DNA from: a virus
Taxonomy: Duplodnaviria; Caudoviricetes
DNA length: 64,000 nt
IMG/VR virus record: IMGVR_UViG_3300021964_000054
Span: 582 to 64,581 of that record
Reading direction: 5' to 3' (one strand)
Positions 19,111 to 27,983 of this stretch are shown one piece after another. Within the stretch, counting starts at the first letter, position 1. Each line of letters starts with the position of its first letter. The position numbers and the translations under genes are program-made. The notes under the pieces are model-generated. The model worked only from the letters and a program-made list of their open reading frames with translations. It did not search any database and had not been told where the DNA came from.

Positions 19111-19240
19111 GTTTAATTATCACAATAAACAAGAATTTTTTTTAGAAGATTCTTTATATATTTACTTGCTTCTAGCAAATTTTATGGCGACATTTGTTGC
19201 CTTTCCATTTTAATTTTTAACCCTTTAAAAAGCATAAAAC

Positions 19241-21148
19241 ATGGCTGATGAAACTATTACTCCCCAAGATATACCCTGGGGACCTGTAGGTTATATTACC
19301 TATAAAAGAACTTATTCTCGTGCAACAAAAAACAACAGAACAGAAGAATGGCCTGATACTATTGAAAGAGTGATTAAGGCTAGTAAAAATCAACTTAATG
19401 TTGGATTTACTGAAAAAGAAGAAGATGAAGTTAGAGACATGATGATGTCATTGAAAGGCACTGTGGCCGGCAGATTCTTGTGGCAACTTGGAACTAAGAC
19501 AGTTGACAGGTTGGGACTACCTTCTCTTCAAAATTGTGCATTTGTTGTATGCGACAGACCTATTAGACCATTTACATGGACATTTGAAATGTTGATGTTA
19601 GGATCAGGTGTAGGTTTTAATATTCAAAGGGAGAATGTTTATCAAATCCCCAAAGTATTAAAAAAAGTAAAGATTGAAAGAAAAGATGTAAATGACGCAG
19701 ACTTTATAGTTCCTGACTCAAGAGAAGGTTGGGTAGAACTTTTGAGAAGAGTGTTGGAAGCATCTTTTGTTACAGGTGAAGGATTTACATTTGCTTGTCA
19801 TTTGATTAGATCTAAAGGATCTCCCATCAAAGGATTTGGCGGTGTTGCATCTGGACCTGAAGACTTAGTATGGGGTATGTTTGAGATAAACAAACTTCTC
19901 AATACTATGTCAGGAAAAAGACTACGACCAATTGATTGCTTGGACATAATGAATATCATAGGTAGAATTGTAGTTGCAGGTAACGTTAGGCGTTCAGCTC
20001 AAATTGCAATTGGTGACTGTGATGACATTGAATACTTAAAAGCAAAACGCTGGGACTTAGGAGGAATACCAAATTGGCGTTCAATGTCCAATAACTCTGT
20101 AGCATGTGATGATGTATCACTTTTACCAGAAGAGTTTTGGGAAGGCTACAAAGGCAATGGTGAACCATATGGTTTAATTAACCTTGATGCCGCAAGAAGA
20201 ATGGGTAGAACAGGGGAGCTGGATTATCCAGATCCTGATGTAATGGGATTTAATCCTTGTGCAGAACAATCTCTTGCAGATCATGAGACTTGTTGCTTAG
20301 CAGAAATCTACCTACCAAATATTGAGTCGTATGAAGAACTGAAAAAAGTTGCGACTTATCTCTATAGAATTAACAAACATTCACTAGCAATCAAATGTGC
20401 TGTAAAAGAAACTGAAGACATTGTCCACAAGAACATGAGAATGGGTATTGGTGTGACTGGTTATCTTCAGGCTACTGATGAACAGCGTGATTGGTTAAGT
20501 GATTGTTACATGTATCTAAGAGCATATGACAAAGAATACAGTAGACAGAAAGGATTTAATCCTTCCATTAAACTTACCACTGTAAAACCATCAGGAACTT
20601 TGAGCTTACTTGCCGGAGTAACTCCTGGAGCTCACCCTGGTTATTCAACTTACTTTATCAGAAGAATTAGAATGGCTTCTGATAGTCCTATTGTAGACGT
20701 ATGTAAGAACCATGGGTATGATGTAGAATATCAAAGAAATTTTGATGGAACAGAAGATCACAGCACAGTTGTGGTTTCGTTTCCTTGTAAATTCCCTAAT
20801 AACACAGTTGTAGCTGCTGATCTTTCAGCTGTTGATCAACTAAACGTTACTAAGAAGCTACAAACAGAATGGTCTGACAATGCTGTTTCAGTCACAATTT
20901 ACTATCGTCTTGAAGAACTTGACGCTATTAAAGAGTGGCTTGCAGAAAATTACATAAATGTAAAGTCAGTTTCATTCTTATTACACAATGATCATGGATT
21001 TGATCAAGCCCCTTATGAGGAAATTACTAAGGACGTGTATGAGGAAATGAGCTCTAAAGTGAAACTTATAACAAATTTAGAGGGACAAATCTCTCTTGAT
21101 GATATGGACATTGCTGACTGTGAAGGTGGTGCGTGTCCAGTGCGATAA
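19241..21148 (+). CDS. nrdJ: class II (B12-dependent) ribonucleotide reductase
   Basis: RTYSR, NCAF, GNVRRSA, NPCAE, TVKPSGT, C-terminal CEGGACPVR. Confidence 0.92.
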   Translation: MADETITPQDIPWGPVGYITYKRTYSRATKNNRTEEWPDTIERVIKASKNQLNVGFTEKEEDEVRDMMMSLKGTVAGRFLWQLGTKTVDRLGLPSLQNCAFVVCDRPIRPFTWTFEMLMLGSGVGFNIQRENVYQIPKVLKKVKIERKDVNDADFIVPDSREGWVELLRRVLEASFVTGEGFTFACHLIRSKGSPIKGFGGVASGPEDLVWGMFEINKLLNTMSGKRLRPIDCLDIMNIIGRIVVAGNVRRSAQIAIGDCDDIEYLKAKRWDLGGIPNWRSMSNNSVACDDVSLLPEEFWEGYKGNGEPYGLINLDAARRMGRTGELDYPDPDVMGFNPCAEQSLADHETCCLAEIYLPNIESYEELKKVATYLYRINKHSLAIKCAVKETEDIVHKNMRMGIGVTGYLQATDEQRDWLSDCYMYLRAYDKEYSRQKGFNPSIKLTTVKPSGTLSLLAGVTPGAHPGYSTYFIRRIRMASDSPIVDVCKNHGYDVEYQRNFDGTEDHSTVVVSFPCKFPNNTVVAADLSAVDQLNVTKKLQTEWSDNAVSVTIYYRLEELDAIKEWLAENYINVKSVSFLLHNDHGFDQAPYEEITKDVYEEMSSKVKLITNLEGQISLDDMDIADCEGGACPVR

Positions 21149-21167
21149 GCAGTTAACCAGGCATTTT

Positions 21168-21192
21168 GAGAGGGATAATTCCCTCTCTTTTT
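21168..21192 (+). terminator. intrinsic terminator
   Basis: GAGAGGGA-taat-TCCCTCTC followed by T5. Confidence 0.8.
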
Positions 21193-21208
21193 GTCTAAAA
21201 ACAATTTT

Positions 21209-21427
21209 ATGAGAATAAAAAGTGTAAGTGAGGTGGAGCAAGTTAGAAATTTACTTGAGTCACATTTTGGAGAAATGCCTGAAAACTTTATCATTGAAAG
21301 TGAGGAAGTTGTAAAGGAATGTAAACACTATGGTGGTTTGTATAATAAACTGACATTCCCAACTTTTGATTTAAAAGTATGTGGAGTAAGAGTAGCAAAT
21401 CAGATAGCAGAAGTTGAAATATTATGA
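21209..21427 (+). CDS. hypothetical protein
   Basis: ATG at 21209; ATGA overlap with next gene. Confidence 0.6.
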   Translation: MRIKSVSEVEQVRNLLESHFGEMPENFIIESEEVVKECKHYGGLYNKLTFPTFDLKVCGVRVANQIAEVEIL

Positions 21428-21927
21428 GATTAGCACAAATTATTTTAGCAGGAACATCAATGTTCTTATTTGGATTAATGCTTGGAGCAAACTATTACAA
21501 AGTTGTAGAGTTTGAATATTTACAAGCTCATCCCACAATAGACACAGTCTATATTGAAAAAAGAGATAGTATTGATAAACTTATTGATGCTATTATTCAT
21601 GTAGAAAGTAGAGATCTTGACAGTGCAGTAAACCGTAGAACCAATGCAGTTGGCTGTATGCAAATCAGACCAATAATGGTAAATGAAGTAAACAGGATTC
21701 TGAGAAAAAAACAATTTCCACTGGTATATGATCTACATGACCGGTACAAAAGAGATAAGTCTTTACAAATGTTCTATATATGGAAGGCATATCATCACAG
21801 AAAATCCGACTTAGAAACAATTGCTAGGTGTTGGAATGGTGGAACAAATGGCGAAAACAAAAAGGCAACCTATAGTTATTGGGTAAATGTAAAAAGAAAA
21901 ATGAAAAATGAAGAAGAGAAAATTTAA
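21424..21927 (+). CDS. lysozyme-like/lytic transglycosylase with N-terminal membrane segment
   Basis: AIIHVES, AVGCMQI, ARCWNGG; hydrophobic N-terminus. Confidence 0.75.
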   Translation: MRLAQIILAGTSMFLFGLMLGANYYKVVEFEYLQAHPTIDTVYIEKRDSIDKLIDAIIHVESRDLDSAVNRRTNAVGCMQIRPIMVNEVNRILRKKQFPLVYDLHDRYKRDKSLQMFYIWKAYHHRKSDLETIARCWNGGTNGENKKATYSYWVNVKRKMKNEEEKI

Positions 21928-22075
21928 TGTGAGAAAGTTTGCAGAGGAAATTGTGTCATCAGTCAATGCAACAAGTAATAACTATGATGCAGTAGAAGCT
22001 GTTGAAGAAAAACTTGAACAAGTAATTGCACTCGCAGAACTAACAATTAAAATGCATGAAGTAAATAAAGAATGA
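21908..22075 (+). CDS. 55-aa hypothetical protein (not in ORF track)
   Basis: MKKRKFNVRKFAEEIVSS...HEVNKE; fills gap, ATGA overlap with next gene. Confidence 0.65.
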   Translation: MKKRKFNVRKFAEEIVSSVNATSNNYDAVEAVEEKLEQVIALAELTIKMHEVNKE

Positions 22076-22401
22076 CATTATATCATGGTACAGACCGTAG
22101 AAATTTAGGCTCCATCTTATCAAAAGGATTGTTAAAATCTGCTTTTGAAGGTGGAGTTTATCTTACAGACACAGCTGAATCAGCCTTAGCATGGACAGCA
22201 ATAAGAGTTGCTGCCGCAGGAGGTTCTGAGATTTTAGTTTGTGAAGTTGAAATTGACGAAAATAATTTGCAATTGGGATGTGATCACAGCCCTGCTATGC
22301 AAGAAATATTTGGATGTGGTGAATCATATGTGCACAAAGGCGACATCCCAACAAAGTGCATTAAAAATTATACAGTTTATGGCACTAAGAAAAATGTTTG
22401 A
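22072..22401 (+). CDS. ADP-ribosyltransferase-fold protein (Tpt1/KptA C-domain-like)
   Basis: LYHGT..NL.SI...GL, GVYLT, GESYV..GDIP. Confidence 0.65.
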   Translation: MTLYHGTDRRNLGSILSKGLLKSAFEGGVYLTDTAESALAWTAIRVAAAGGSEILVCEVEIDENNLQLGCDHSPAMQEIFGCGESYVHKGDIPTKCIKNYTVYGTKKNV

Positions 22402-22990
22402 CTTTTTAGCAACAAACAGTGTAAGTCCTAATGGACTATATGTTTTAAATGCAATGCATGAGAAATTCTATCATCATAAGTATGTGAACCTGATAACAGA
22501 ACAGCATAGGCTAGAGTTGTCAGGCCACTTGAAAAAGAATGATGCCGGTAAGTATGAGCTAACAAATAAAGGGCTCTTACTTATTAGGGATTCTCAGAAA
22601 TTCTTTAAGACATCTGCAAAAAAGAAGAAGGTTCCGTTTGAAGAATGGAAAGATAAGATAGTCATGTTTAATGAATTATTTCCTAAAGGAAGAAGACCTG
22701 GGTCAAGTATTGGTTACAGGACACCACCTAAAGAGTTATACTCTAGGTTTGCATGGTTTTTTGAAGAGTACCCAGAATATGACTGGGAAATGGTTATAAA
22801 TGCAACAGAAAAATATGTTAAAGTATTTGATGAGAACAATGACTATACGTATCTTCAGAGCTCAAAATATTTCATAAAAAAAGATGATCGTAATAAGAAC
22901 ACAACCTCAACATTGGGGTCTATTTGTTTTATGATTGCAGAAGGTGAAGATTTTGAAATTGATCAAGGACATCATTATTTTGGACCATGA
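22394..22990 (+). CDS. hypothetical protein with wHTH-like N-terminus
   Basis: ATG at 22394; L..SGHL....YELTNKG; FNELFPKG; ATEKYV; YFIKK. Confidence 0.65.
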   Translation: MFDFLATNSVSPNGLYVLNAMHEKFYHHKYVNLITEQHRLELSGHLKKNDAGKYELTNKGLLLIRDSQKFFKTSAKKKKVPFEEWKDKIVMFNELFPKGRRPGSSIGYRTPPKELYSRFAWFFEEYPEYDWEMVINATEKYVKVFDENNDYTYLQSSKYFIKKDDRNKNTTSTLGSICFMIAEGEDFEIDQGHHYFGP

Positions 22991-23259
22991 GTAGAGATAT
23001 ACAGGCATACGAAGCTGAAATGATAAAAAACATGATCCACAAAGGATTAACTTTGCAGAATATTCATGAACGAACAGGAAGATCAGTAAAGTTTTTGCAG
23101 AAAAATTTTGGCAATTTTATAAAACATAAACCCAAGAGAGAAGTATTAGGTCACAAAGATGAACCATACTACTCTGAAAAAGAATTACTAAATTTGGAAC
23201 ATCATTACAATTATGATTCCTTAAGTGATGATGAAAAAAAGATATTCCACGGTGAATAG
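22987..23259 (+). CDS. hypothetical, possible HTH protein
   Basis: GLTLQNIHERTGRS; last + arm gene. Confidence 0.6.
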   Translation: MSRDIQAYEAEMIKNMIHKGLTLQNIHERTGRSVKFLQKNFGNFIKHKPKREVLGHKDEPYYSEKELLNLEHHYNYDSLSDDEKKIFHGE

Positions 23260-23282
23260 TGTGGATGTTTTGTGGGTTAATT

Positions 23283-23323
23283 AAAAAAAAGGGAGGCAGG
23301 AAATAACTGTCTCTCTTTTTTTT
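23283..23323. terminator. bidirectional terminator between genome arms
   Basis: A8-GGGAGGCAG-loop-CTGTCTCTC-T8. Confidence 0.85.
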
Positions 23324-23379
23324 ATCAGAAGGTTTATTTGAGTTTACTCTATTGGAGGCATTTGATTTAATCTTTCAGC

Positions 23380-23718
23380 CTAAACATCTTTATTTGCTAG
23401 AACCATAGCTAGAAAAGCTCGTAGCTTATCTTTATCTGCTTCATTCATAGCAGCATAGTCTACATCTTCAGTAGCTTCAAAGTCTACGACAGTAGAAGTC
23501 ATTCTTTCAATCCAAAATTCTGATAACGTATTATCTATGTTGGTTTCCCTGTTATCAGCAAATAATGCAATAGCATCATCATAAATTGTCTGCTCCTCTG
23601 TTGTTAAATCTTCTCTCATTAAACACGTAGTAAAATGAGTTCCTGAATCATCGTTGCCATAAATATCCATGTGTTCAATATTAGGAACGTCTGTTGTTGT
23701 TGAAGTTGCTCTAACCAT
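23380..23718 (-). CDS. small acidic protein, possible fibre chaperone
   Basis: Directly downstream of the 821-aa spike gene. Confidence 0.6.
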   Translation of the reverse strand: MVRATSTTTDVPNIEHMDIYGNDDSGTHFTTCLMREDLTTEEQTIYDDAIALFADNRETNIDNTLSEFWIERMTSTVVDFEATEDVDYAAMNEADKDKLRAFLAMVLANKDV

Positions 23719-23728
23719 TGCTTAAAAT

Positions 23729-26194
23729 TTAAGGTAATTTAGGTACTATAAAAGTAGGAATTGCAGCATATCCTGTACCCCAAATATCTGAATACGTTGC
23801 TCCAACTGGCACGTTTGCCGTTGTGTTAACTGTTCCTATAACTGCGAGACTTGTGGGTACGTTGCCTTTTACAAGTTCAGAGCCTAAGCCAATCGCACCC
23901 CCCTTCTCAAACGAAGAGTTGTAGCTATAAATTTCAGCAGGCGTTGTACCTCCTCCTACACAGAATATAATTGAATCTAAGTTATCTATATCATCATTAT
24001 AAACAGCACAATCTTTAAAATACAATTCTTTTCCACTACCTGCTATTACACGAGTACCACCTGTAATGATAGAGCCATTGAATCGCCATATTTGTTTTGA
24101 AGCACCTCCCCATTGTGTTAATTCAAGCCAGATTGGCGCACTTGACTTTAGTCCTACAGGGCTTCTAGCAATAATATTACCATTAAAATTAAACTCTCCA
24201 TAAAGTGAGCGATAATCAGTAGTAATACATGGTTGGTTATTACCAATAACATCCCCATTGACTTCTAAAGTTGGAAAATCAACTGCGGAAAATGTTGCAA
24301 AACTATGAACAACTCCTATTTCATAAGTAGTTGGTGGAGTATAATTACTAACACAATCACCATTTATAATAAAATCAGTATCAAACGCGGAGTCTGCTAT
24401 TCTAACTACTGACCTATTTACATTACCGTAACTGAAAGTTTCGTAGTCATCAATTATCCTACTTTCAGGGCAGTTGACAATGAATCTTCCTCCTCCTCCG
24501 CATTGCCTACCAAACCATACATCGTGTTGTGATTCAACATAGTACTTAATATTAAATTCAAATGTTGCCCCTGTTCTTAATCTTGTTGCGTAGGCTCCAC
24601 CATTAATACAGTTGCACCGAATAAAATCTGCGCTCATTTTAACGTATGGGAAAAGCCCAAAACCTACGCTGTCTTCAAAAATTATCCGATTGCAATTTAG
24701 GGCGTGAGAAAATTCAAAATCAATATTGGCGTTAGTATCATTTATACGCAATATGTATGCGTTTCTTCCATCCCATACAGCTTTTCCACTAAATTTAAAA
24801 TTAGTAACTCCTGCGCCTTGAACTCTTATACCACCGCTAACAATTCTAACACCTTCCATTGCGTGAATGTGTTTGTTATCAACTGTAATGTTAGCAAGAG
24901 ATGTATATGTCCCAGGCTTTAAGATTACATAGTCTGAATTAGACAACGCAGTAAAAACAGATGAGTACGGTTTATTACCATCACCTACAACAGCAGTGCT
25001 GTTATTCCCGTTTGCAGGGTCTACAAAAGCTGCGCTAGGTATATCCCAAGTATTAGTATCAACAGGCAAAAATGCACTAAAATTATCATACCCCCCAGCT
25101 CCGTTATCTCTGCAAATAGTAAATATATCTGTAGGTAGAGGATCTGAAAGAGGGAATCCGCAAATTTGCGTGGTTACTGGAGCAGTATCCATTGTTGAGC
25201 CATCAGAAAATGTAATTACACAAGGATCTGATACAGTAATTTCCTGAACATCCATTGCAAATCCTCCCCAAGGACCTCCTGGAGGATTGCTTCCTTTATC
25301 CCAAGATGTAACTAAAAATGTAAAGTATTGATCTGTAGATATTATGTGACAAACTAGTTCAAGTCCTACAATATTACTACCAACACCTCCTCCACCGCCA
25401 CCACCACCACCAAATCCAGCAGCAGCTTGAATGAAAGATCCATAATTTCTGCTCTGAATATCTCCTAAATTAGTAAAGCCATTTAATGTGGGATCTACAA
25501 AAGAAGAATTCCATTCAGTATCGCTAGGCCATGCAGCACTGTAACCTCCACCAATACTAGTTTCATTAACGGAGTTATACCATTGTCCACCACCATGATC
25601 TCTACTTAATTCAAGAACTCCTGGTACAATAATAGCAGGACCACTAGCTCCAGAACCATACGGAGGTTGTGAGAGAGAAGATATCCCACTAATATTAAAA
25701 TTTTGAAGAGGACCTAAAGTTGCTTCAAGAGGAGTAAGTGTAATATTGCAAAATTCTTCGCAGCAATCTGGAAATGGTATAAATTCTAATGCATTCTCTG
25801 CAGTATTAACTGCAACTGCATAACCTGCAAAACCAGTATAGTCTGCAGGTGTATCCAGTAAATCTAAAAAAGTTTGTGGTATTATTGGTTTATTTAATAT
25901 AAAGGCTGGACCTGATGTTGCAAGCCAGTCAGCATTTACCTGAGGAGGAATTGCTGATATTTGACATTGTAATTTCTGAAACGCTTCAAGAACCGTATCA
26001 GTTGCAACTATAGGTATGCAAGGACCTGCAACAAACCCGTCAAGAGGTCTGTCAAGTACAACATCTTTCTCAGAAAGTTTGAGAGTTTTTAAGTACCCTT
26101 CTTTATAATAGAGTTTGTGCCAACTAGCCAAAGGCAATGTTGGAGTTTGACTCATTTCCAAAAGTCTTAGTGGTACAATAAATTTAGATCCCAT
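23729..26194 (-). CDS. tail spike/fibre with probable C-terminal beta-helix
   Basis: QVNADW, DLLDTPADYTG motifs; FVDPANGNN...KPYSSV..AL...LKPGTY cap; poly-Gly hinge. Confidence 0.7.
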   Translation of the reverse strand: MGSKFIVPLRLLEMSQTPTLPLASWHKLYYKEGYLKTLKLSEKDVVLDRPLDGFVAGPCIPIVATDTVLEAFQKLQCQISAIPPQVNADWLATSGPAFILNKPIIPQTFLDLLDTPADYTGFAGYAVAVNTAENALEFIPFPDCCEEFCNITLTPLEATLGPLQNFNISGISSLSQPPYGSGASGPAIIVPGVLELSRDHGGGQWYNSVNETSIGGGYSAAWPSDTEWNSSFVDPTLNGFTNLGDIQSRNYGSFIQAAAGFGGGGGGGGGVGSNIVGLELVCHIISTDQYFTFLVTSWDKGSNPPGGPWGGFAMDVQEITVSDPCVITFSDGSTMDTAPVTTQICGFPLSDPLPTDIFTICRDNGAGGYDNFSAFLPVDTNTWDIPSAAFVDPANGNNSTAVVGDGNKPYSSVFTALSNSDYVILKPGTYTSLANITVDNKHIHAMEGVRIVSGGIRVQGAGVTNFKFSGKAVWDGRNAYILRINDTNANIDFEFSHALNCNRIIFEDSVGFGLFPYVKMSADFIRCNCINGGAYATRLRTGATFEFNIKYYVESQHDVWFGRQCGGGGRFIVNCPESRIIDDYETFSYGNVNRSVVRIADSAFDTDFIINGDCVSNYTPPTTYEIGVVHSFATFSAVDFPTLEVNGDVIGNNQPCITTDYRSLYGEFNFNGNIIARSPVGLKSSAPIWLELTQWGGASKQIWRFNGSIITGGTRVIAGSGKELYFKDCAVYNDDIDNLDSIIFCVGGGTTPAEIYSYNSSFEKGGAIGLGSELVKGNVPTSLAVIGTVNTTANVPVGATYSDIWGTGYAAIPTFIVPKLP

Positions 26195-26256
26195 GATTTA
26201 TCTTTTAAAAATTACATGTATTAAAAGTCTTAATATTACAAACACAACAAATACAA

Positions 26257-26490
26257 TCACTTTTCATTCTCAGTATTTTCTTTCTTAATCTTGAAGATAT
26301 TCATAAACATTCCTTCAAGAAGCGTATCTCTAGCTGTTAGGAAAACCCAACCAAGAACAGCAACAGATGCTGTTTCAATTAAAGATACATCAAAATCCTT
26401 AACCTTGCTAAGGACATACATTGTGATAGCTGTAAGCATAAGTACAGCTCCAATTGCTGTTGTTAACCAATTTTGCAATCTTTCTTTCAT
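26257..26490 (-). CDS. small 2-TM membrane protein (holin-like)
   Basis: NWLTTAIG; two hydrophobic helices; charged C-tail. Confidence 0.6.
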   Translation of the reverse strand: MKERLQNWLTTAIGAVLMLTAITMYVLSKVKDFDVSLIETASVAVLGWVFLTARDTLLEGMFMNIFKIKKENTENEK

Positions 26491-26492
26491 AA

Positions 26493-26834
26493 CTATTTGT
26501 TTAATTGGCCTTTCAGATAGTACAACTCTTTAATTGTTTCAATATCCTCCTGGCTGTTTTGCTTTATTTTACTTTTAAGATCTTCAATTTGAAACTCAAT
26601 TCTTTCATATCTTTTATTAGACCTATTAGAAATTATTTCAATTTCTCTTTGATCAAAAGTTCTAAGTTCTTCAATCATCAACTTTAACTCTGATATACCT
26701 TGAGAGTTACCTTTGATTTGATAATATGTTAAAAAGCCATACCCTATAATTAGGATAACAGTGAAAGCTATTTTACCCCAAGCGGAAATAGCATCACCTA
26801 ATGTGGCCATTTTTGTTATCCTTCCTTCCGGCAT
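26493..26834 (-). CDS. single-TM coiled-coil protein
   Basis: TM then heptad-rich region; true start may be the second Met. Confidence 0.6.
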   Translation of the reverse strand: MPEGRITKMATLGDAISAWGKIAFTVILIIGYGFLTYYQIKGNSQGISELKLMIEELRTFDQREIEIISNRSNKRYERIEFQIEDLKSKIKQNSQEDIETIKELYYLKGQLNK

Positions 26835-27261
26835 CTTCTTTCTTAAATTTACTTAATAACCTTAAAAATTCATCACAATAATGATTGACATTTCTTTGAG
26901 CAAAATATTTCCACTTAAAAAAACAAAGCCATGCAACTCTAACAGCAAACCACCTTCTTCCTGCTTTTGCTTTTGGTGTTTTTTCTAAAATCATAAGTTT
27001 GTGAAAAAGATAATCAGCATCTTTACCTCCTTGCCCAGTGATCCACAAATAATCATGTATAAAACAACTTACACAAGGGTGTAACAAGTCTTGAACCATA
27101 GTGCAACCATTATAATCATCTAAAGGATTCCATCTAGGATCTCCTATAGCAACTCTAATTAATTCTTTAACCTCAGTTCCCATATCTAACCTGGATGCAA
27201 CAAATTTTAAATGTTGCCCAAGCTCAGATCTAGACCAAAACTTATATGGTTTATATCTCAT
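26794..27261 (-). CDS. DUF1353-like protein
   Basis: YNGCT, FIHDYLW, ADYLF..LM, WFAVR. Confidence 0.55.
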   Translation of the reverse strand: MRYKPYKFWSRSELGQHLKFVASRLDMGTEVKELIRVAIGDPRWNPLDDYNGCTMVQDLLHPCVSCFIHDYLWITGQGGKDADYLFHKLMILEKTPKAKAGRRWFAVRVAWLCFFKWKYFAQRNVNHYCDEFLRLLSKFKKEDAGRKDNKNGHIR

Positions 27262-27659
27262 GACTCACCCTCCTTATCTTTCCAAATCGCCTTCTTAATA
27301 CTATCCCAAAGATCAAACCCAAGAAGCATATTCATTTTCTCAAAAATACTTTTCACCTCAACAGTAGCCACAATACCTGAAGTGACCTTGGTCCAAGGAA
27401 TTTCTGGAGCTAAATATTGTTCTGACACTTTTGCTACAATAATAGCCAATGGATAAAGTATAAGTTTGGTAATAATCCTACCTGCTTTTCTTGAAGTGAT
27501 AGACTTTCTACCGTTTGCTTTCCAAGTTGCCCAAAGAGCAAGTCCTGTGTCTGTCATAATTAAAAATCCTATTGACCACAAAACAGGCTGTAGATCAGCA
27601 AAAAACACTGCTAAAAATGAGCATATTGCAACTATATATTCCCAAGCTATTGACTTCAT
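27258..27659 (-). CDS. phage holin family protein
   Basis: DTGLALW, ITSRK....ITK, EVKSIFEK; 3 TM. Confidence 0.8.
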   Translation of the reverse strand: MKSIAWEYIVAICSFLAVFFADLQPVLWSIGFLIMTDTGLALWATWKANGRKSITSRKAGRIITKLILYPLAIIVAKVSEQYLAPEIPWTKVTSGIVATVEVKSIFEKMNMLLGFDLWDSIKKAIWKDKEGES

Positions 27660-27661
27660 TG

Positions 27662-27973
27662 TTATTCTGTTTCAGGAGTTAAATCTCCTGTTAATTTATC
27701 TTTAGCTGCTTGATCCATAAACGGAAGTGTAGAAGCTTGTATTGCAGCTAACAAAGGTTGTGTATTACCTAATGTATAAACATAAAGTAACGCAGCTACT
27801 TCTGTAGATACTTGTGATACTTTACTTTCTGCTGTTGCTTGATCATCACCAAGCCCCATAAAATATGCTACAAAATCCATTGTAGCCAACATAAGAACAC
27901 GCTCTCTTTCTTCAGTACGTAACTCATACTTATATCCGTGATCTTGTCCTTTTTTCCATTGTTTACCTGGCAT
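27662..27973 (-). CDS. hypothetical protein, possible fibre chaperone
   Basis: Downstream of the 888-aa fibre gene. Confidence 0.6.
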   Translation of the reverse strand: MPGKQWKKGQDHGYKYELRTEERERVLMLATMDFVAYFMGLGDDQATAESKVSQVSTEVAALLYVYTLGNTQPLLAAIQASTLPFMDQAAKDKLTGDLTPETE

Positions 27974-27983
27974 AACTTAAATT

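Noticed and set aside
3302-19164. Degenerate -7-like octamers (TAATTTAG 3302, TATTTTAG 4262, TAACTTTA 5102, TATTTTTA 8021, TATATTTA 19157)
   Set aside because: Plausibly promoters but too degenerate in AT-rich DNA to call individually.
14739-21148. Introns or inteins in PolB or NrdJ
   Set aside because: Both are compact single ORFs with motifs in normal order and no intein signatures.
22241-22393. Long N-terminal extension overlapping the ART gene (similarly 8967-9035)
   Set aside because: Non-ATG or deep-overlap starts; downstream ATGs at 22394 and 9036 fit operon packing.
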